A stretch of 64,000 bases of DNA from Squalus acanthias (GCA_030390025.1 JASTWF010000114.1:868001-932000); one strand, 5' to 3'. Shown: positions 37,551 to 51,570, counted from the stretch's first letter. The notes: generated by a model not told the origin, from the letters alone. Program-made: numbers and translations.

Positions 37551-38574
37551 TATCTGATGTTCATAGTATAGACAGGAGTTGATACTGATAAATACAGGGG
37601 CCATATATTAGCAGACTGGAGTGAATCGTTCCCTATTACCAGCTGTGTGCTGTACATGTGCAGGAGTTGGCAATGACATGCACGGTCCATACAGTACCAG
37701 GCGGAAGTGAATCGTGCCATTTTACCCGCTGTGTGCTGTACATGCTCAGGAGGTGACACTGAGACACACACGGGCGGTAGAGTACCAGACGCAAAGAGAG
37801 AAAGAAAGAGTGTTGTGAATCTTTGGAATTTCCTGCAACAGTGGTATGTGAATGCATAGTCTTTGAGATTACTCAAGGCTGAGATAGATAGCTTTTTGGA
37901 ATCCAGTGGAATCAAGGTAAAAGGAGATCGGGCGGGAAAGTGCATTTGTGGTGGATGATCAGCCATGATCTTATCGAATGGTGGAGCAGGCTCGAGGGTT
38001 CGCATGTCCTATTCCTGCTCGTATTTCTTATTGTCTTATGTTCTTATGAGAGAGAGGGACAGAATGAGAGAAACGGAGGGAGAAAGAAGGAAACAGTAGA
38101 CAATAGAGCGACAGATTGTGAGAGATAAGGAGAAGGGGCGAAAGAGAGAGATAGCAGGGTGAGACAGAGCGTGAGAGAGAAAGAGACAGGCTGAGTGAGC
38201 GTTAAGGGGATTGAGAGATAGGGAGAGTGAAAGATAGGGAGAGAGAAATTTAGAAACAGATGGGACTGAGATAAACAGAGAGTGAGAGATAGGGAGAGAG
38301 AAACAGAGAGTGGAACAGAAAGGAAGAGAATGAGAGACATGGGAGGGACCAACAGTGAGAAATGCAGGACAGAGTAAGACAGCGGATGTGTGAGAGAGGC
38401 TTCGGAGACAGCAGGGACAGATAGATATTCAAACAACGCAACAGCTTTTAAACATAATGACGAAACCTGTATCTGTATTTCATTTTGTATTCCGGGTTTC
38501 TGTGTACAATGTTGCTTCTCTCCCAGTGAGCAGTCGGACACTGTTTAAATCTCCCAGTACTGTGTTAACAACAA

Positions 38575-39415
38575 ATAGCCGCCTTGTTCCATTAAACACA
38601 AGCAGGGCAGGTACAGCACGGGTTAGATACAGAGTAAAACTGCAGTACATCGTCACAATACTGGGAGATTTATTACAGAGTCTAGTAATCTAGAGAACTG
38701 GACTAATGATCATGTGTTTAAATTCAGTTCATTAAGTAACTTTGCAATAAATAGCTAGAATTAGTAATGGTGACCATGAAAATAGCGGATTGTTGTGAAA
38801 ACCCATCTGGTTCACGAATTTCCTGTGGAGAAGGAAACCTGCCGCCCAAACCCTATCTGACCGAAAGTGACTTCAGACCCACAGGAATGTGGTTGACTCT
38901 TAACTGCCCTCTGAAATGGCATAGAAGACATTAGGTTGTACGAAACCGCTAAAACAAAGCATAACTTCCTAACAGCACTGTCGAAGTACCTTCACTACAA
39001 GGACTGCAGCGGTTCAAGGAGGCGGCTCACCACCACCTTCTCAAGGGAAATTAGGAATGGGCAATAAATGCTGGCCTTGCCAGCGACGCCTACATCACGT
39101 GAATGAATGAAAAATAATAAGCTCCCTCCAAACTGTAGAATCCAACACTCTAAGGTTCAACACTCTCATGTACAATACGGGTTAGATGAAGAATAAAGCT
39201 GCCCCTACATTGTTACATCAAATACTCCCAGTGCAGGTACAGCACGGGTTATATACAGATTAAAGTTCCTCTGCACTGTTCCACTAAACACTCACAGGGC
39301 ATGAGCAGGTGCAGCCGGGTAAGATACAGAGTAAAACTCCCTCTGCACTGTATCACCAACACTCCCAAAGCAGGTACAGCACGGAGATAGATACATAATA
39401 ACGCTCCTTCTACAC
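38575..39415. repeat. Degenerate satellite units of about 65 bp, interrupted by a SINE-like element (about 38690-39115)
   Basis: Recurring GCAGGTACAGCACGGGTTAGATACAGAGTAAA.CTCCCTCT.CACTGT...AACACTC. Confidence 0.8.
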
Positions 39416-39429
39416 TGAAAGAGGCACCG

Positions 39430-42400
39430 GCGTGGCGGGACATATGGGTATGATCTTGTGGCCATTGCAGAAACATGGCTGCAGGGTGACAATGCCTGGG
39501 AATTAAACATTCCAGTTTATTTAACGATCAGGAAGGACAGGAAGGAAGGAAGGGGAGGTGGAGTGGCTATGTTAATAAAGGAAGAAATCACTGTAATACA
39601 GAGAAATGATATTGGGTCAAAAGATCAGGATAATGAAACAGTTTGGGTGGAGATAAGGAATAATAAGGGGAAAAAAAACATTAGCGGGCGTAGTCTATAG
39701 GCCTCCGAACAGTTACAACTCTGTTGAACGGAGTATCAATCAGGAAATAGTTGAGGCTTGTATTAAGGGAAAATCTATAATTATGGGGGATATTAACTAT
39801 CATATTAATTGGACAAATCAAATTGGGCAGGGCTGCCTTGAGGATGAGTTCATTGAGTGTATTAGGGATGGGTTTCTTGAGCAGTATGTAACTGAACCGA
39901 CCAGGGGGTAAACAACCTTAGATCTGGTCCTGTGTAACGAGACAGGATTAATTAAAAATGTCCTAGTAAAGGATCCCCTTGGAATGAGTGACCATGACAT
40001 GGTTGAATTCCATATTCAATTAGAGAGTGAGAAAGTTGCATCGCAAACAAGCGTGCTAAGCTTGAATAAAGGAGCCTATGAAGGTATGCGAGCGTAATTG
40101 AGTAGAGTGGATTGGGAAAATAGATTAAAGGGTAAGACGATACATGATCAGTGGTGTACATTTAAGGAGTTATTTTACAACTTCCAAAAAATATATATTC
40201 CACTGAGAAGAAAAGGGTGTAAAAGAAAAGATAGTCATCCGTAGCTATGTAAAAAAATTAAGGATAGTATTCGACTAAAAACAAGGGACCTTAAGGTAGC
40301 CAAATCAAGTGGGAGGATACAGGATTGGGAAAACTTTAAAAGATAGCAAAAAATAAAAAAAAGATTGATTAAGAAAGGGAAGATAGATTATGAAAGTAAA
40401 TTAGCAAAAAATATAAAAACAGATAGTAAGAGTTTTTATAGTTATATAAAAAGAAAAAGGGTTGCTAAAGTAAATGTTGGTCCCTTAGAGGATGAGACCG
40501 GGAAATTAATGGTGGGAAATATGGAGATGGCAAATACACTGAATGAATATTTTGTATCAGTCTTTACAGTAGAGGACACTAAGAATATCCCAACACTGGA
40601 CAAACAGGGCCTATAGGGGGGGAGGAGCTAAACACGATCAAAATCACTAATGAAGTGGTAGTCATAGAGTCATAGATTCATAGAGTTGTACAGCACGGAT
40701 AGAGGCCCTTCGGCCCATCGTGTCCGCGCCGGCCATCAAGCCCTGTCTAATCTAATCCCATATTCCAGCATTTGGTCCGTAGCCTTGTATGCTATGGCAT
40801 TTCAAGTGCTCATCCAAATGCTTCTTGAATGTTGTGAGGGTTCCTGCCTCCACAACCCTTTCACGCAGTGAGTTCCAGACTCCAACCACCCTCTGGGTGA
40901 AAAAATTCTTTCTCAAATCCCTTCTAAACCTCCCGCCCTTTACCTTGAATATATGCCCCCTTGTTATAGGCCCCTCCACTAAGGGAAAAAGCTCCTTAGT
41001 ATCCATCCTATCTATGCCCCTCATAATTTTGTACACCTCAATCATGTCCCCCCTCAGCCTCCTCTGCTCCAAGGAAAACAAACCCAATCTGCCCAGTCTC
41101 TCTTCATAGCTGAAGCACTCCAGCCCGGGTAACATTCTGGTGAATCTCCTCTGCACCCTCTCCAAAGCTATCACATCCTTTCTGTAGTGTGGCGACCAGA
41201 ACTGCACACAGTATTCCAGATGTGGCCTAACCAGTTTTTTATACAGCGCCATCATAACCTCCTTGCTCTTATATTCTATGCCTCGGCTAATGAATGCAAG
41301 TATCCCATATGCCTTTTTTACAACCTTATCCACCTGTTCCGCCGCCTTCAGGGATCTGTGTACTTGCACACCAAGATCCCTCTGACCCTGCGTCTTGCCT
41401 AGGGTCCTACCATTCATTGTGTATTCCCTTGCCTTGTTAGTCCCTCCAAAGTGCATCACCTCGCACTTTTCCGGATTAAATTCCATTTGCCACTGTTCCG
41501 CCCATCTGACCAACCCATCTATATCGTCCTGCAGACTGAGGCTACCCTCTTCGCTATTTACCATCCTACCAATTTTTGTATCATCCGCGAACTTACTGAT
41601 CATACCTTTTACATTCATATCCAAGTCGTTAATGTAGACCACAAACAGCAAGGGAGCCAGCACCGATCCTTGTGGTACCCCACTGTCCACAGGCTTCCAG
41701 CCACAAAAACAACCTTCGACCATCACCCTCTGCCTTCTGCCACTGAGCCAGTTTTGTATCCAATGTGCCAAGGCACCCTGGATTCCATGGGCTCTTACCT
41801 TCTTGACCAGTCTCCTGTGCGGGACTTTATCGAAGGCCTTATTGAAATCCATGTATACCACATCCACTGCGTTACCCTCATCCACACACCTTGTCACCCC
41901 CTCAAAAAATGTAATCAAATTAGTCAGACATGATCTTCCCTTGACAAAGCCATTTTGGCTAACCCTGATTAATCCTTGCCTCTCCAAGTGGGGACTAATT
42001 TTGTCCCTCCGAATTTTTTCCAATAATTTTCCTACCACTGATGTTCGGCTCACTGGCCTGTAGTTCCCCGGTTTTTCACTACTCCCTTTCTTGAATAATG
42101 GTACTACATTAGCGGTTCTCCAGTCCTTAGGCACATCCCCTGTGGCCAGAGAGCTTCTGAATATATGTGTTAGAGCCCCCGCAATCTCCTCCTTTGCCTC
42201 ACACAGCAGCCTGGGATACATTTCGTCTGGACCTGGGGATTTATCCATTTTTAAACCTGCTAAAACCGCCAATACCTCCTCCCTCTCGATGTTAAAATGT
42301 TCGAATATATCACAGTCCCCCTGCCCTAATTTTATGTCTGCATCGTCCTTCTCCATAGTGAAAACAGATGCAAAAAATTCATTTAGAATCCCACCTACAT

Positions 42401-45400
42401 CTTCCGGCTCCACACACAGATTGACACTTTTGTCCCTAATGAGCCCTATTTTTCCCCTAGTTATCCTCTTACCCTTAATATACTTATAAAACATCTTAGG
42501 ATTTTCCTTTATTTTGCTCGCCAGTGTTATTTCATGGCCCCTCCTTGATCTCCTAAATTCTTTTTTAAGTATCCCCCTGCACGTTTTGTACTCCTCTAGG
42601 GCTTCCTCCATCTTTAGCATTTTGTATCTGCCAAAAGCCCTCCTTTTTTTCCTGATCCATTCTCGTATATCTCCTGACATCCAAGGTTCCCTGAGGTTTT
42701 TGGAACCACCCTTGACCTTTACGGGAACATGCTGCCATTGTATGATCTCAATCTCCCTTCTGAAAGAATCCCATTGCTCTGATGCGGATTTTCCTACAAG
42801 CAGCTGATCCCAGTCCATTTTGGCCTGATCCTGCCTTGTCCTATTAAAATCGGCCTTCCCCCAATTTAGAACCATTATTTCCGACCCATCTCTGTCCTTT
42901 TCCATGACCACCTTAAATCTCCCCGTATTATGGTCACTGTCACCAAAGTGCTCACCTACTAGCACTTCTTCCACTTGGCCGGCCACATTCCCTAGAATTA
43001 GGTCCAGTACCGCCCCCTCTCTTGTAGGACTTTCTACATGCTGGCTCAAAAAGCTCTCCTGGATGCACTTTAAGAATTTTTAACCCTCTAAGCCTTTCAC
43101 ACTCTGACTATCACAGTTAATATTGGGGAAGTTGAAATCCCCCATTATTATTACCCTATTATTTGCACATTTCTCACAGATTTGTCTACATATCTGATCC
43201 TCTATCTCCCCCTGAGTGTTTGGGGGTCTATAGTACGTTCCCAGAAAAGTGCTTGCCCCCTTTTTGTTTTTAAGCTCCACCCATATAGCCTCAATGGAGG
43301 AACCTGCTAGTATATCATCCCTCCTTATGGCAGTAATTGATTCCTTAATTAATATTGCGACACCCACTCCTCTTATACCTCCCCCTAAGTCTCGCCTGCA
43401 GATTCTGTACAACGGAGTATTGAGCTGCCAGTCTTGTCCCTCCCTCAACCATGTCTCCGTGATAGCAACAATATCATACTCCCATGTGTTTATGAACACC
43501 TTCAGTTCATCCACCTTATTCGCGAGACTCCTTGCATTCAAATAAATGCCTTCCAGCCTTGCTCTTACATGTTTGCCCTGTCTTCCAAGCTGACTTGTTT
43601 TTTTGTCTATATTTGACTGTACATCACCCCCTATTGTAGCTCCACTCTGTACTCCATCCCCCTGCCAATCTAGTTTAACCCCCGCCCCCGCAACAGTGCT
43701 AGCAAACCTCCCCGCAAGGTTATTTGTCCCGCTCTGGTTCAGGTGCAAACCGTCCGACTAGTACAAGTCCCACCTTCCCCAGAAGCAGGCCCAGTGATCC
43801 AGGAAACTAAAACCCTCCCTCCTGCAACAACTCTTTAGCCACGCATTCATCTGTTCTATCCTCCTTTTCCTAAACTCACTAGCACGTGGCACTGGGATTA
43901 ATCCAGAGATTACAACCTTTGAGGTCCTACTCTTTAATCAACTGCCTAGCACCCTAAATTCTTGATGCAGGAACTCATCCCCCTTCCTACCTATGTCGTT
44001 GGGCCGAATGTGAACCACGACCTCTGCCTGCTCCCCCTCCCCCTTAAGAATGCCCTGTAGCCGCTAAAATTATGGGAATCAAGGCGTATAAATCACCTGG
44101 ACCTGATGGTTTACAACGTAGGGTCTTGAGGGAAGTGGCGGTAGGGATTGTGGATGCATTGGTAATAAATTTCCAAAACTCCCTGGGCTCAGCAAAGATC
44201 CGGCAGACTGGAAAACTGCTAATGTAACACCCTTATTTAAAAAGGGCAGTAGACAGAAGGCTAGAAACTATAGACCAGTTAGCATAACATCTGTGGTAGG
44301 TAAAATTTTGGAGTCCATTAATAAGGAGACAGTAACGGGACATTTGGATAATCATAATTTAATAGGACAAAGTCAGCATGGTTTTATGAAGGGGAAGTCA
44401 TGTTTGACAAATTTGCTGGAGTTATTTGAGGAAGTAACATACAGGGTGGATAAAGGGGAACCAGTGGATGTGGTGTATTTAGAATTCCAAAAGGCATTTG
44501 ACACGGTGCCACACAAAAGATTATTGCTTAAGATAAAAAAAATCACGGGATTGGGGGTAATAGTCTGGCATGGATAGAGGATTGCCTATCTAACAGAAGG
44601 CAGAGAGTTGGGATACATGGTTCATTCTCAGACTGGCAATCAGTAACTAGTGGTGTTCCGCAGGGGTCCGTGCTGGGTCCCCAACTCTTTACAATCTATA
44701 TTAACGATTTGGATGAGGGGACCGAGTGTAACACATCGAAGTTTGAAGATGATACTAAGATGGGAGGGAAAGTAGTGAGTGAGGAGGACATAAAAAATCT
44801 GCAAGGGGACATAGACAGGCTAAGTAAGTGGGCAGAGATTTGGCAGATGGAATACAATACTGGAAAGTGTGAGGTTATGCACTTAGGCAGGAAAAATAGT
44901 AGAGCAAGTTATTATCTTAATGGCAAGAAACTGGAAAGTACTGAAGTACAAAGGGATCTGGGGATCCTGGTGCACGAAACTCAAAAGGTTAGTATGCAGG
45001 TGCAGCAAGTGATTAAGAAGGCCAATGAAATGTTGGCTTTCATTGCTAGGGGGATAGAATATAAAAATAGGGAGGTAATGCTTCAGTTGTACAAGGTATT
45101 GGTGAGACCGCACCTGGAATACTGCATACAGTTTTGGTGTCCATACTTAAGAAAATACATACTTGCTCTCGAGTCAGTACAAAGAAGGTTCACTCGGTTA
45201 ATCCAGGGGATGAGGTGTGGACATATGAGGCGAGGTTGTGTAGATTGGGACTCTACTCATTGGAGTTCAGAAGAATGAGAGGCGATCTTATTGAAACATA
45301 TAAGATTGTGAAGCGGTTGGATCGGGTGGATGCGGGGAGGATGTTTCCGATGATGGGTGAAACTAGAACTAGGGGGCATAGTCTTAGAATAAGGGGCTGT

Positions 45401-45815
45401 TCTTTCAAAACTGAGATGAGAAGGAACTACTTCACTCAGAGGGTGGCAGTTCCATGGAATATGCTGCCCCAAAAAGCTGTAGAAGCTACATCATTACATA
45501 AATTTAAAACAGAAATAGACAGTTTCCTAGAAGTAAAGGGAATTAAGGGTTACGGGGAGCGGGCAGGAATTTGGACATGAGTCCAGATTCGGATCGGTCA
45601 TGGCCCTGTGGGTAGGGTAGCGGGCCCAGGGGTCGTGTAGTCTGATTCTGCTCCTATTTCGTGTGTCCAATTCTGTTAGGTTCAGGAGATGGTTCTGTGA
45701 TAGTAGAATGGCGGTTAGGATCAGATCAGCCATGATCTTATTGAATGGCGGAGCAGGCTCGAGGGGCCAATTGGCCTACTCCTGCTCCTAATTCTTATGT
45801 TCTTATGTTCTTATG
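39430..45815 (+). mobile_element. CR1 LINE (endonuclease to 3' tail) split by an antisense CR1 insertion
   Basis: AIAETWL at 39458; breaks at 40660 and resumes at 44066; RT ORFs 44293-45580; (TTCTTATG)n tail. Confidence 0.9.
40661..44065 (-). mobile_element. Young CR1 LINE nested antisense in another CR1; ORF2 nearly intact
   Basis: 765-aa RT ORF (40752-43049) and endonuclease ORF (43080-43748: YLNARSL, ITETWL, GDFNFP) separated by one break; CTATGA-type tail. Confidence 0.93.
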
Positions 45816-45869
45816 ACATAAGGGAGAGTGCGGAGGAACAGCGCGGACCTACTCGGAGGCAGCGACGAT

Positions 45870-47594
45870 GGCGGAACGTTCCAGGATTTCCCCCCAAAAA
45901 ACAAGATGTGATGTCACATGGCAGCAGGTAGCTGATTGGTTGGTGAGTATAAAGGTTTTTTTCTGTCTCAACTAAGACAGTGGTTAAAAGTAAGAGCGGG
46001 AAGCTATAACATATTGTTTAAAGTTTATAGCCTAACTCGTTAAACTAATTAATATAACTCTAAATAATCTTTGAATAAAGACTTTAACTAATTAAATAAG
46101 GCTATACTAAGATATCGCAGGGCAGGTTGTGTGCCTGGAATGTAGAATGTGGGAGTTTGTGGCCAGCGAGACTGTCCCGAGCAAACACGTCTGCAGGAGT
46201 TGTCTCCATGTCGAATCTCTCCATCTCAACGTCATTAAGCTGGAGTGCGCGTTGGAGACACACTGACACATAAAGGAGGGGAAGGAATTTCTGGACAGTT
46301 TTATCCACAATACATTCACACCCCAGATGTATGCACAGGTTCAGGAAAGGGAGGATTTGACTGTTAGCAAGAAGGGTAGTGGGAATTTAGAAAGGTTGAG
46401 AAGGCGGTCACGCAGACACTTGTCCTGTCCAACAGGTACGATGTACTCGCTAACTGTCAGAACAAGGATAAAGACTGCGGGGAGGACAGCCACAATGCAG
46501 ACAAATGATTCGTGACTCAGATGGCTGTCCAACGGGGGAAGAGTAGAATAGAAATATGGTAGTGATAGGGGACTCGACAATTAGGGGGATAGATGGCGTC
46601 CTCTGCAGCCACGAACGAGAATCCTGAAGGCTGTGCTGCCTATCCGGTGCCAGGGTAAGGGATATCTCATGGCGGCCTGAGAGGAACTTCGAAAGGGAGG
46701 GGGTAAATCCAGTTACCGTGGTCCATGTTAGAATAAACGACATAAGTAGACACAGGGAGGAGATCCTTCTGAAAGAGTATCAGGAGTTAGACTCTAAATT
46801 AAAAAGTTGTACCACGAGGGTAATAATTTCTGGATTATTTCCAGAGCCACGTGCAAATTGAAATAGAAGCAGACAGATCAGGAGAATTAACACGTGGCTA
46901 AAGGTCTGATGTGGGAAAGAGGGGCTCCTTTTCATGGGACACTGGCACCAGTTCTCGGACCGGAAGGATCTGTACCGATGGGACGGGCTCCACCTGAAAC
47001 GGGCTGGGACCCGTGTCCTAGAAAAAGGCTAAATAGGGAGGTGGAAAAGGTTTTAAACAAGTAAGATGGTGGAGATATCTATTATAAACGTAACCAGCCG
47101 AAATATAAACACAACTGGAACAGAGAGCATCGGAAAGAATGAAGTAAGGGAGCACATTGATGTCAATGGAATACATAGAGTTACAGAACAGAAGTCGAAA
47201 AACACGTTTAAACATAAAATGAGAGGACATCCTATTAAGAATTAATTAAACTGCCTTTACAGCAATGCACACAATGTCTGTAAGAGAACAGGGGAGCTGA
47301 AGGCAATCTTACTTTGCGAGGAACCAGACATATTACAGATTTCTATGACATGGCTACAGAACAATCAGGACAAGGAATTAAACATTGCAGGGTATAACAT
47401 GTTAGAAAAGCTAGGGAGGGAAAAAGGGGAGGTGGGGTAGCTGCACATATTAGGGATAACATAGTGGCAGTAGAAAAAGGTGATGCAAGACAAAAATAAA
47501 ATTCATATGGACACAGAAAAAAGAAAATAAAGAATCAATCACACTAATAGGCGTAGTCTGCAGACCACTAATAGTGGAAGGGAGGTGGAGGAAG
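45870..47594 (+). mobile_element. CR1 5' part (5' UTR, ORF1 SGNH, endonuclease start) running into the gap
   Basis: Homologous to 14100-15230 (for example ACAGCAATGCACACA.TGTCTGTAA); VIGDSTIRG-like coding sequence. Confidence 0.82.
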
Positions 47595-48094
47595 NNNNNN
47601 NNNNNNNNNNNNNNNNNNNNNNNNNNNNNNNNNNNNNNNNNNNNNNNNNNNNNNNNNNNNNNNNNNNNNNNNNNNNNNNNNNNNNNNNNNNNNNNNNNNN
47701 NNNNNNNNNNNNNNNNNNNNNNNNNNNNNNNNNNNNNNNNNNNNNNNNNNNNNNNNNNNNNNNNNNNNNNNNNNNNNNNNNNNNNNNNNNNNNNNNNNNN
47801 NNNNNNNNNNNNNNNNNNNNNNNNNNNNNNNNNNNNNNNNNNNNNNNNNNNNNNNNNNNNNNNNNNNNNNNNNNNNNNNNNNNNNNNNNNNNNNNNNNNN
47901 NNNNNNNNNNNNNNNNNNNNNNNNNNNNNNNNNNNNNNNNNNNNNNNNNNNNNNNNNNNNNNNNNNNNNNNNNNNNNNNNNNNNNNNNNNNNNNNNNNNN
48001 NNNNNNNNNNNNNNNNNNNNNNNNNNNNNNNNNNNNNNNNNNNNNNNNNNNNNNNNNNNNNNNNNNNNNNNNNNNNNNNNNNNNNNNNNNNNNN
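47595..48094. other. Assembly gap (500 N)
   Basis: Run of exactly 500 N, likely a placeholder length. Confidence 0.99.
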
Positions 48095-49000
48095 AATCGA
48101 CCCAGACTTTTCGCAATCTCAGGACCCTATTCCACCCATATCTGAGTTTCCCGCCCCATGACCAGTCCGTCCTAGAGGCCGCCGACTTTCAACTCGCTAA
48201 ACTTTCCTGCCTTCCCGGCTACCTCAGTCCACCTGCCGTTAACCCTCATCCAAGGCTTTTTTACCTCCTAACGTGACTTTTCCAATGCTCGCGACCCCTC
48301 TACCGAAGACTCTTGGTAATCTTGAGCTCATCCAAACTCTTCTGGCCGCAGCCCATCCCCCTCATGTCCCACTCACTCACCATCCACGGTCTTGCTGTAC
48401 TGCAGGGACTCCTCATCCCCAAGGCCCCCAAAATTAAAATTGTCATCACTTGTTCAAATGCGTTCATGGCTTCGCCCCTCCCTATCTCTGTAACCACCTC
48501 CATCCCTATCTACCCCCAGCTCTCTGTGCCCCCCGAATCTGGCACTGGAGAAGGTGCAATAAAAGATTTACAAGGATGATACAGAACTGAGAGGTTATAA
48601 CTCGAAAACAGAAGCCTGAGGGGTGAACTGATAGAGGTCTTTAAAATTATGAAAGGGTTTGATAGTGTAGACATAGAGAAGATGTTTCACTTGTGGGGGG
48701 AGACCAGAACTAGGGGCCATCAATATAAGACAGTCACTAATAAATCCAATGGGGAATTCAGGAGAAACTTCTTTGCCCAGAGAGTGTTTAGAATGTTGGA
48801 TTCGCTAGCACTCAGAATAGTTGAGGCGAATAGTATAGATGCAAATAATGGGAAGCTACATAAGCACATGAGTTGAGAAGGGAACAGAGGATTATGCTGA
48901 AAGGGTTCACATGAGGAAGCTGGGATGAGGTTCGAGTGAAGGTTAAACACAGGCGTGGGCCAGTTGGGCTGAATGGCCTGTTTGTGCTGTGCATTCTATG
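48095..49000 (+). mobile_element. L2-like fragment followed by a CR1 3' fragment
   Basis: Pyrimidine-rich L2-type sequence to about 48545, then an ETRTRGH...RRNFFAQRV ORF. Confidence 0.7.
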
Positions 49001-49070
49001 TATTCCATTCAATGTTACTTTAAATGCTGAGTAAAGACGGACCACTTTAAGCTCGTGGCAGCATTTCATG

Positions 49071-49076
49071 TTTATT
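49071..49076 (-). terminator. Candidate poly(A) signal of the Ig light chain gene
   Basis: AATAAA on the minus strand about 305 bp after the C-exon stop. Confidence 0.55.
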
Positions 49077-49380
49077 AAGAGCTGTGTTACACAAGTTACC
49101 AATCAAAATATGGTCACAGACTAAAGGGAAATCTGTCCTCATTCTACACACAGCGAAAGTTTACATACAAGATATTGGGACAGTTGTACAGAAATTTCCA
49201 TCTCACAAAGGCACACAATCATTTCCGTCACTTCAGTTATTAAACAATCGGATTGTTTGCCAAAAACTGAAAATGTTACAGGGATTACTTTCCAAAAAAG
49301 GAGGATTGCACAGATTCAATGATCTGTTTCATTACACTAAACACTAGCAAAAATCAAACTTCACTCCAACTTGCACCGCC

Positions 49381-49709
49381 TCAGTCTGAACACGAGGAGG
49401 CGCTGATGGTCTTGAGAAGAGGCGAGCTCAGGGAGCCGTGGCTGACGCTGCAGGATTAGCTGGAGCCCTTGTTCCAGGCGGCGGCGAGGACTCTCAGGTA
49501 ACTGCTCAGGCTGTAGCTTTGATCGCCGTCCGTGGACACGGCGCCCGACGTCACCCCGCTGTCTGTCTCTTGGCCATCCACGCTCCAGCGGAGCCGCACC
49601 AAGCCCGGCTAGAAGCGACTGACCAGGCAGGACAGAGTGGCCGATCCCGAGACGATTTCCTCCGAGAAGGGAGGGAGGAGAAGTACCGAGGGGCTTCGAT
49701 CCTCGCTGC
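49381..49709 (-). pseudogene. Ig light chain constant exon, type I/NS5 (sigma-cart) class, with two nonsense codons
   Basis: Acceptor CACACAG|; SEDRSPSVLLLPPFSEEIVSGSATLSCLVSRF*PGLVRLRWSVDG...YSLSSYLRV..AWNKGSS*SCSVSHGSLSSPLLKTISASSCSD; stops at 49609-49611 and 49456-49458. Confidence 0.93.
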
Positions 49710-51016
49710 CTGTGTGTGGGGGGAGAGAAAATTCATTAGTTTATGGAATCCGTCAGCAGTGGGACGCTCTGATCTGAAAGCAAAGACGCCAAAGAACGCG
49801 CGAACAACATTCACTTTAAAATAAATTACTGATTAATACTGGATTTCCAATAAATTCTTAAATCTCTAATTCCACTGCTCCTCTGCCAATACTTTTGCCT
49901 ACATTACAGCAGTGACTTGGTTCAAAATACTTCATTGTCTGTAAAGCGCTTTGAGACGTCCTGAGGTCGTGAAAGGAGCTGTAGAAATACAAGTCTTTCT
50001 TTCTTTTTTGCAAAATAGCACAGAAAATGCTGGAAATACAGACCGAGTCAGTCAGCATGTGTGAGGCGGGAAGATCAGTAACTGACCAGTTCAGGTGCAG
50101 GTTACACCCCGAAACCACATTAACCTGTTTGTTCCCGTTACAGACACTGACCGACCGGCCGTGTATTCCCAGCATTTTCTGTTTTTATTTGATTTTGTAT
50201 AATTGCAGCTTTTTCCCTTTTTACTTCAATATAATAAAGCGTTTACTTTTCTTAAAATGCGTTGTGTTAACTTTAAAGAGTTTAAGTAACGGAGCTGTGA
50301 CTCTATTTTCACCGAGAGTCCACATATGATCTGATACCTCAAACAGATGCAGCCCTTTCAAAAAGCCGCCAGAGGCACGATGGGCCGAATGGTCTCCTTC
50401 TGTGCTGAATGATTCTATAAGACTCCGGAATTTTTTTTTTTTACAATTCATATTTTTTTTAGAATTGCGAGTTAGAAACTGATCCGCTTTAAATGTTGTG
50501 GGGTTAATAATTGAGCCGGGTCTGTTACCGGGTATTGAAAAGCTCATTGAATAAAGAGAGGACATTGTACACGGGCTGGGAATTAATGTAGTGACTCTGT
50601 CTAACAATATTGTAAATGCTTTACATAGAATTACACCGAATATACAGCAGAGAAACAGTTCATTGGGACCAACCAGTCCATGCCGGCGTTTATTCTCCAC
50701 TCGGGGCTCCTCCCATACTTCCACATCTAACTCTTTCAGCATAAATCTCTAATCCGTTATCCCTCATATGCTTATCTAGCCTCCCGTTAAGTGCATCTAT
50801 ACTATTCGGAAATTGTGTCAAAATTCATTTCAGCGCAGTATTATTCCCCGAGGCGCTTCAACAATTTCAAATCTGACCAGTTTAATATTTTTCGTATAAA
50901 TAGATCCATCATCAAAATTAACTGAATCGAGATTGCTCTGGCGCCCGGGCACAAAAGCGACTGTAAATTAATAATAATTGAAACAATGTGAATGATAGAA
51001 TGAGAGAGTCACTTAC

Positions 51017-51369
51017 TCTTTATACTCAGGGCGGTCCCGGGCCGAAGATATATCCCTATTTCCGCACAGTACAGTAATAGACGACGGAGACATTGGGCAC
51101 CAGGGTTCCGATGGTCAGAATGTAACTGTTACCGGAGGCGTCTCTGGAAGGTTGAAAACGTTCTGTGAAGCCGGTGCCTCGTTTGATGGTGCCATCATAC
51201 TTGTGATATTTCACCCACACCGGAGCATCCCCGGGTCGCTGTCGGTACCAGTAGACGCTGTTGCTGCTCACATCCCAGTTCTGCATCGCGCACTGTAACC
51301 GGGCGGTCTGACACGCGGAGATAGGATCGGTTATTGGGGACTGATTGAGGACGGGAGCCGCCAGGACAC
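51017..51369 (-). pseudogene. Germline-joined V-J exon of the Ig light chain (type I/NS5-like)
   Basis: APVLNQSP...LQCAMQN...WYRQRPG...RFQPSRD...YYC-TVRK*GYI-FGPG runs straight into J with no RSS. J lacks one base (CCG GG ACC GCC CTG AGT ATA AAG A). Donor GTAAGT at 51011-51016. Confidence 0.93.
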
Positions 51370-51521
51370 CTTCAATAAAAGAAAACAATTAACCCATCCA
51401 GTGACTTGGAGCAAATGGGACGTTAATGCCTCAATAAACCCGGAGAGAAAACCGCCCGATTCTCGGTATTGAACCAATTTAGTTGCGGATAAACCCGTGA
51501 CGGAAACCATCCTTCTCTCAC

Positions 51522-51570
51522 CTGTTAAATGGATCATCAGAGCCCACAGGAGATGCATCGCCTGAACCAT
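51522..51570 (-). pseudogene. Ig light chain leader exon
   Basis: MVQAMHLLWALMIHLT-G|GTGAGA, phase 1, matching the V-exon acceptor at 51370. Confidence 0.88.

Noticed and set aside
47568-48161. Poly-X ORFs
   Set aside because: Artefacts of translating the N gap.
49438-49824. Plus-strand 128-aa and minus-strand 87-aa ORFs
   Set aside because: Shadow frames of the GC-rich Ig C exon, whose true frame is interrupted by stops.
51065-51071. CACAGTA heptamer-like sequence at the V end as a functional RSS
   Set aside because: It lies inside coding sequence at the start of CDR3, and I see no nonamer at 12 or 23 spacing.
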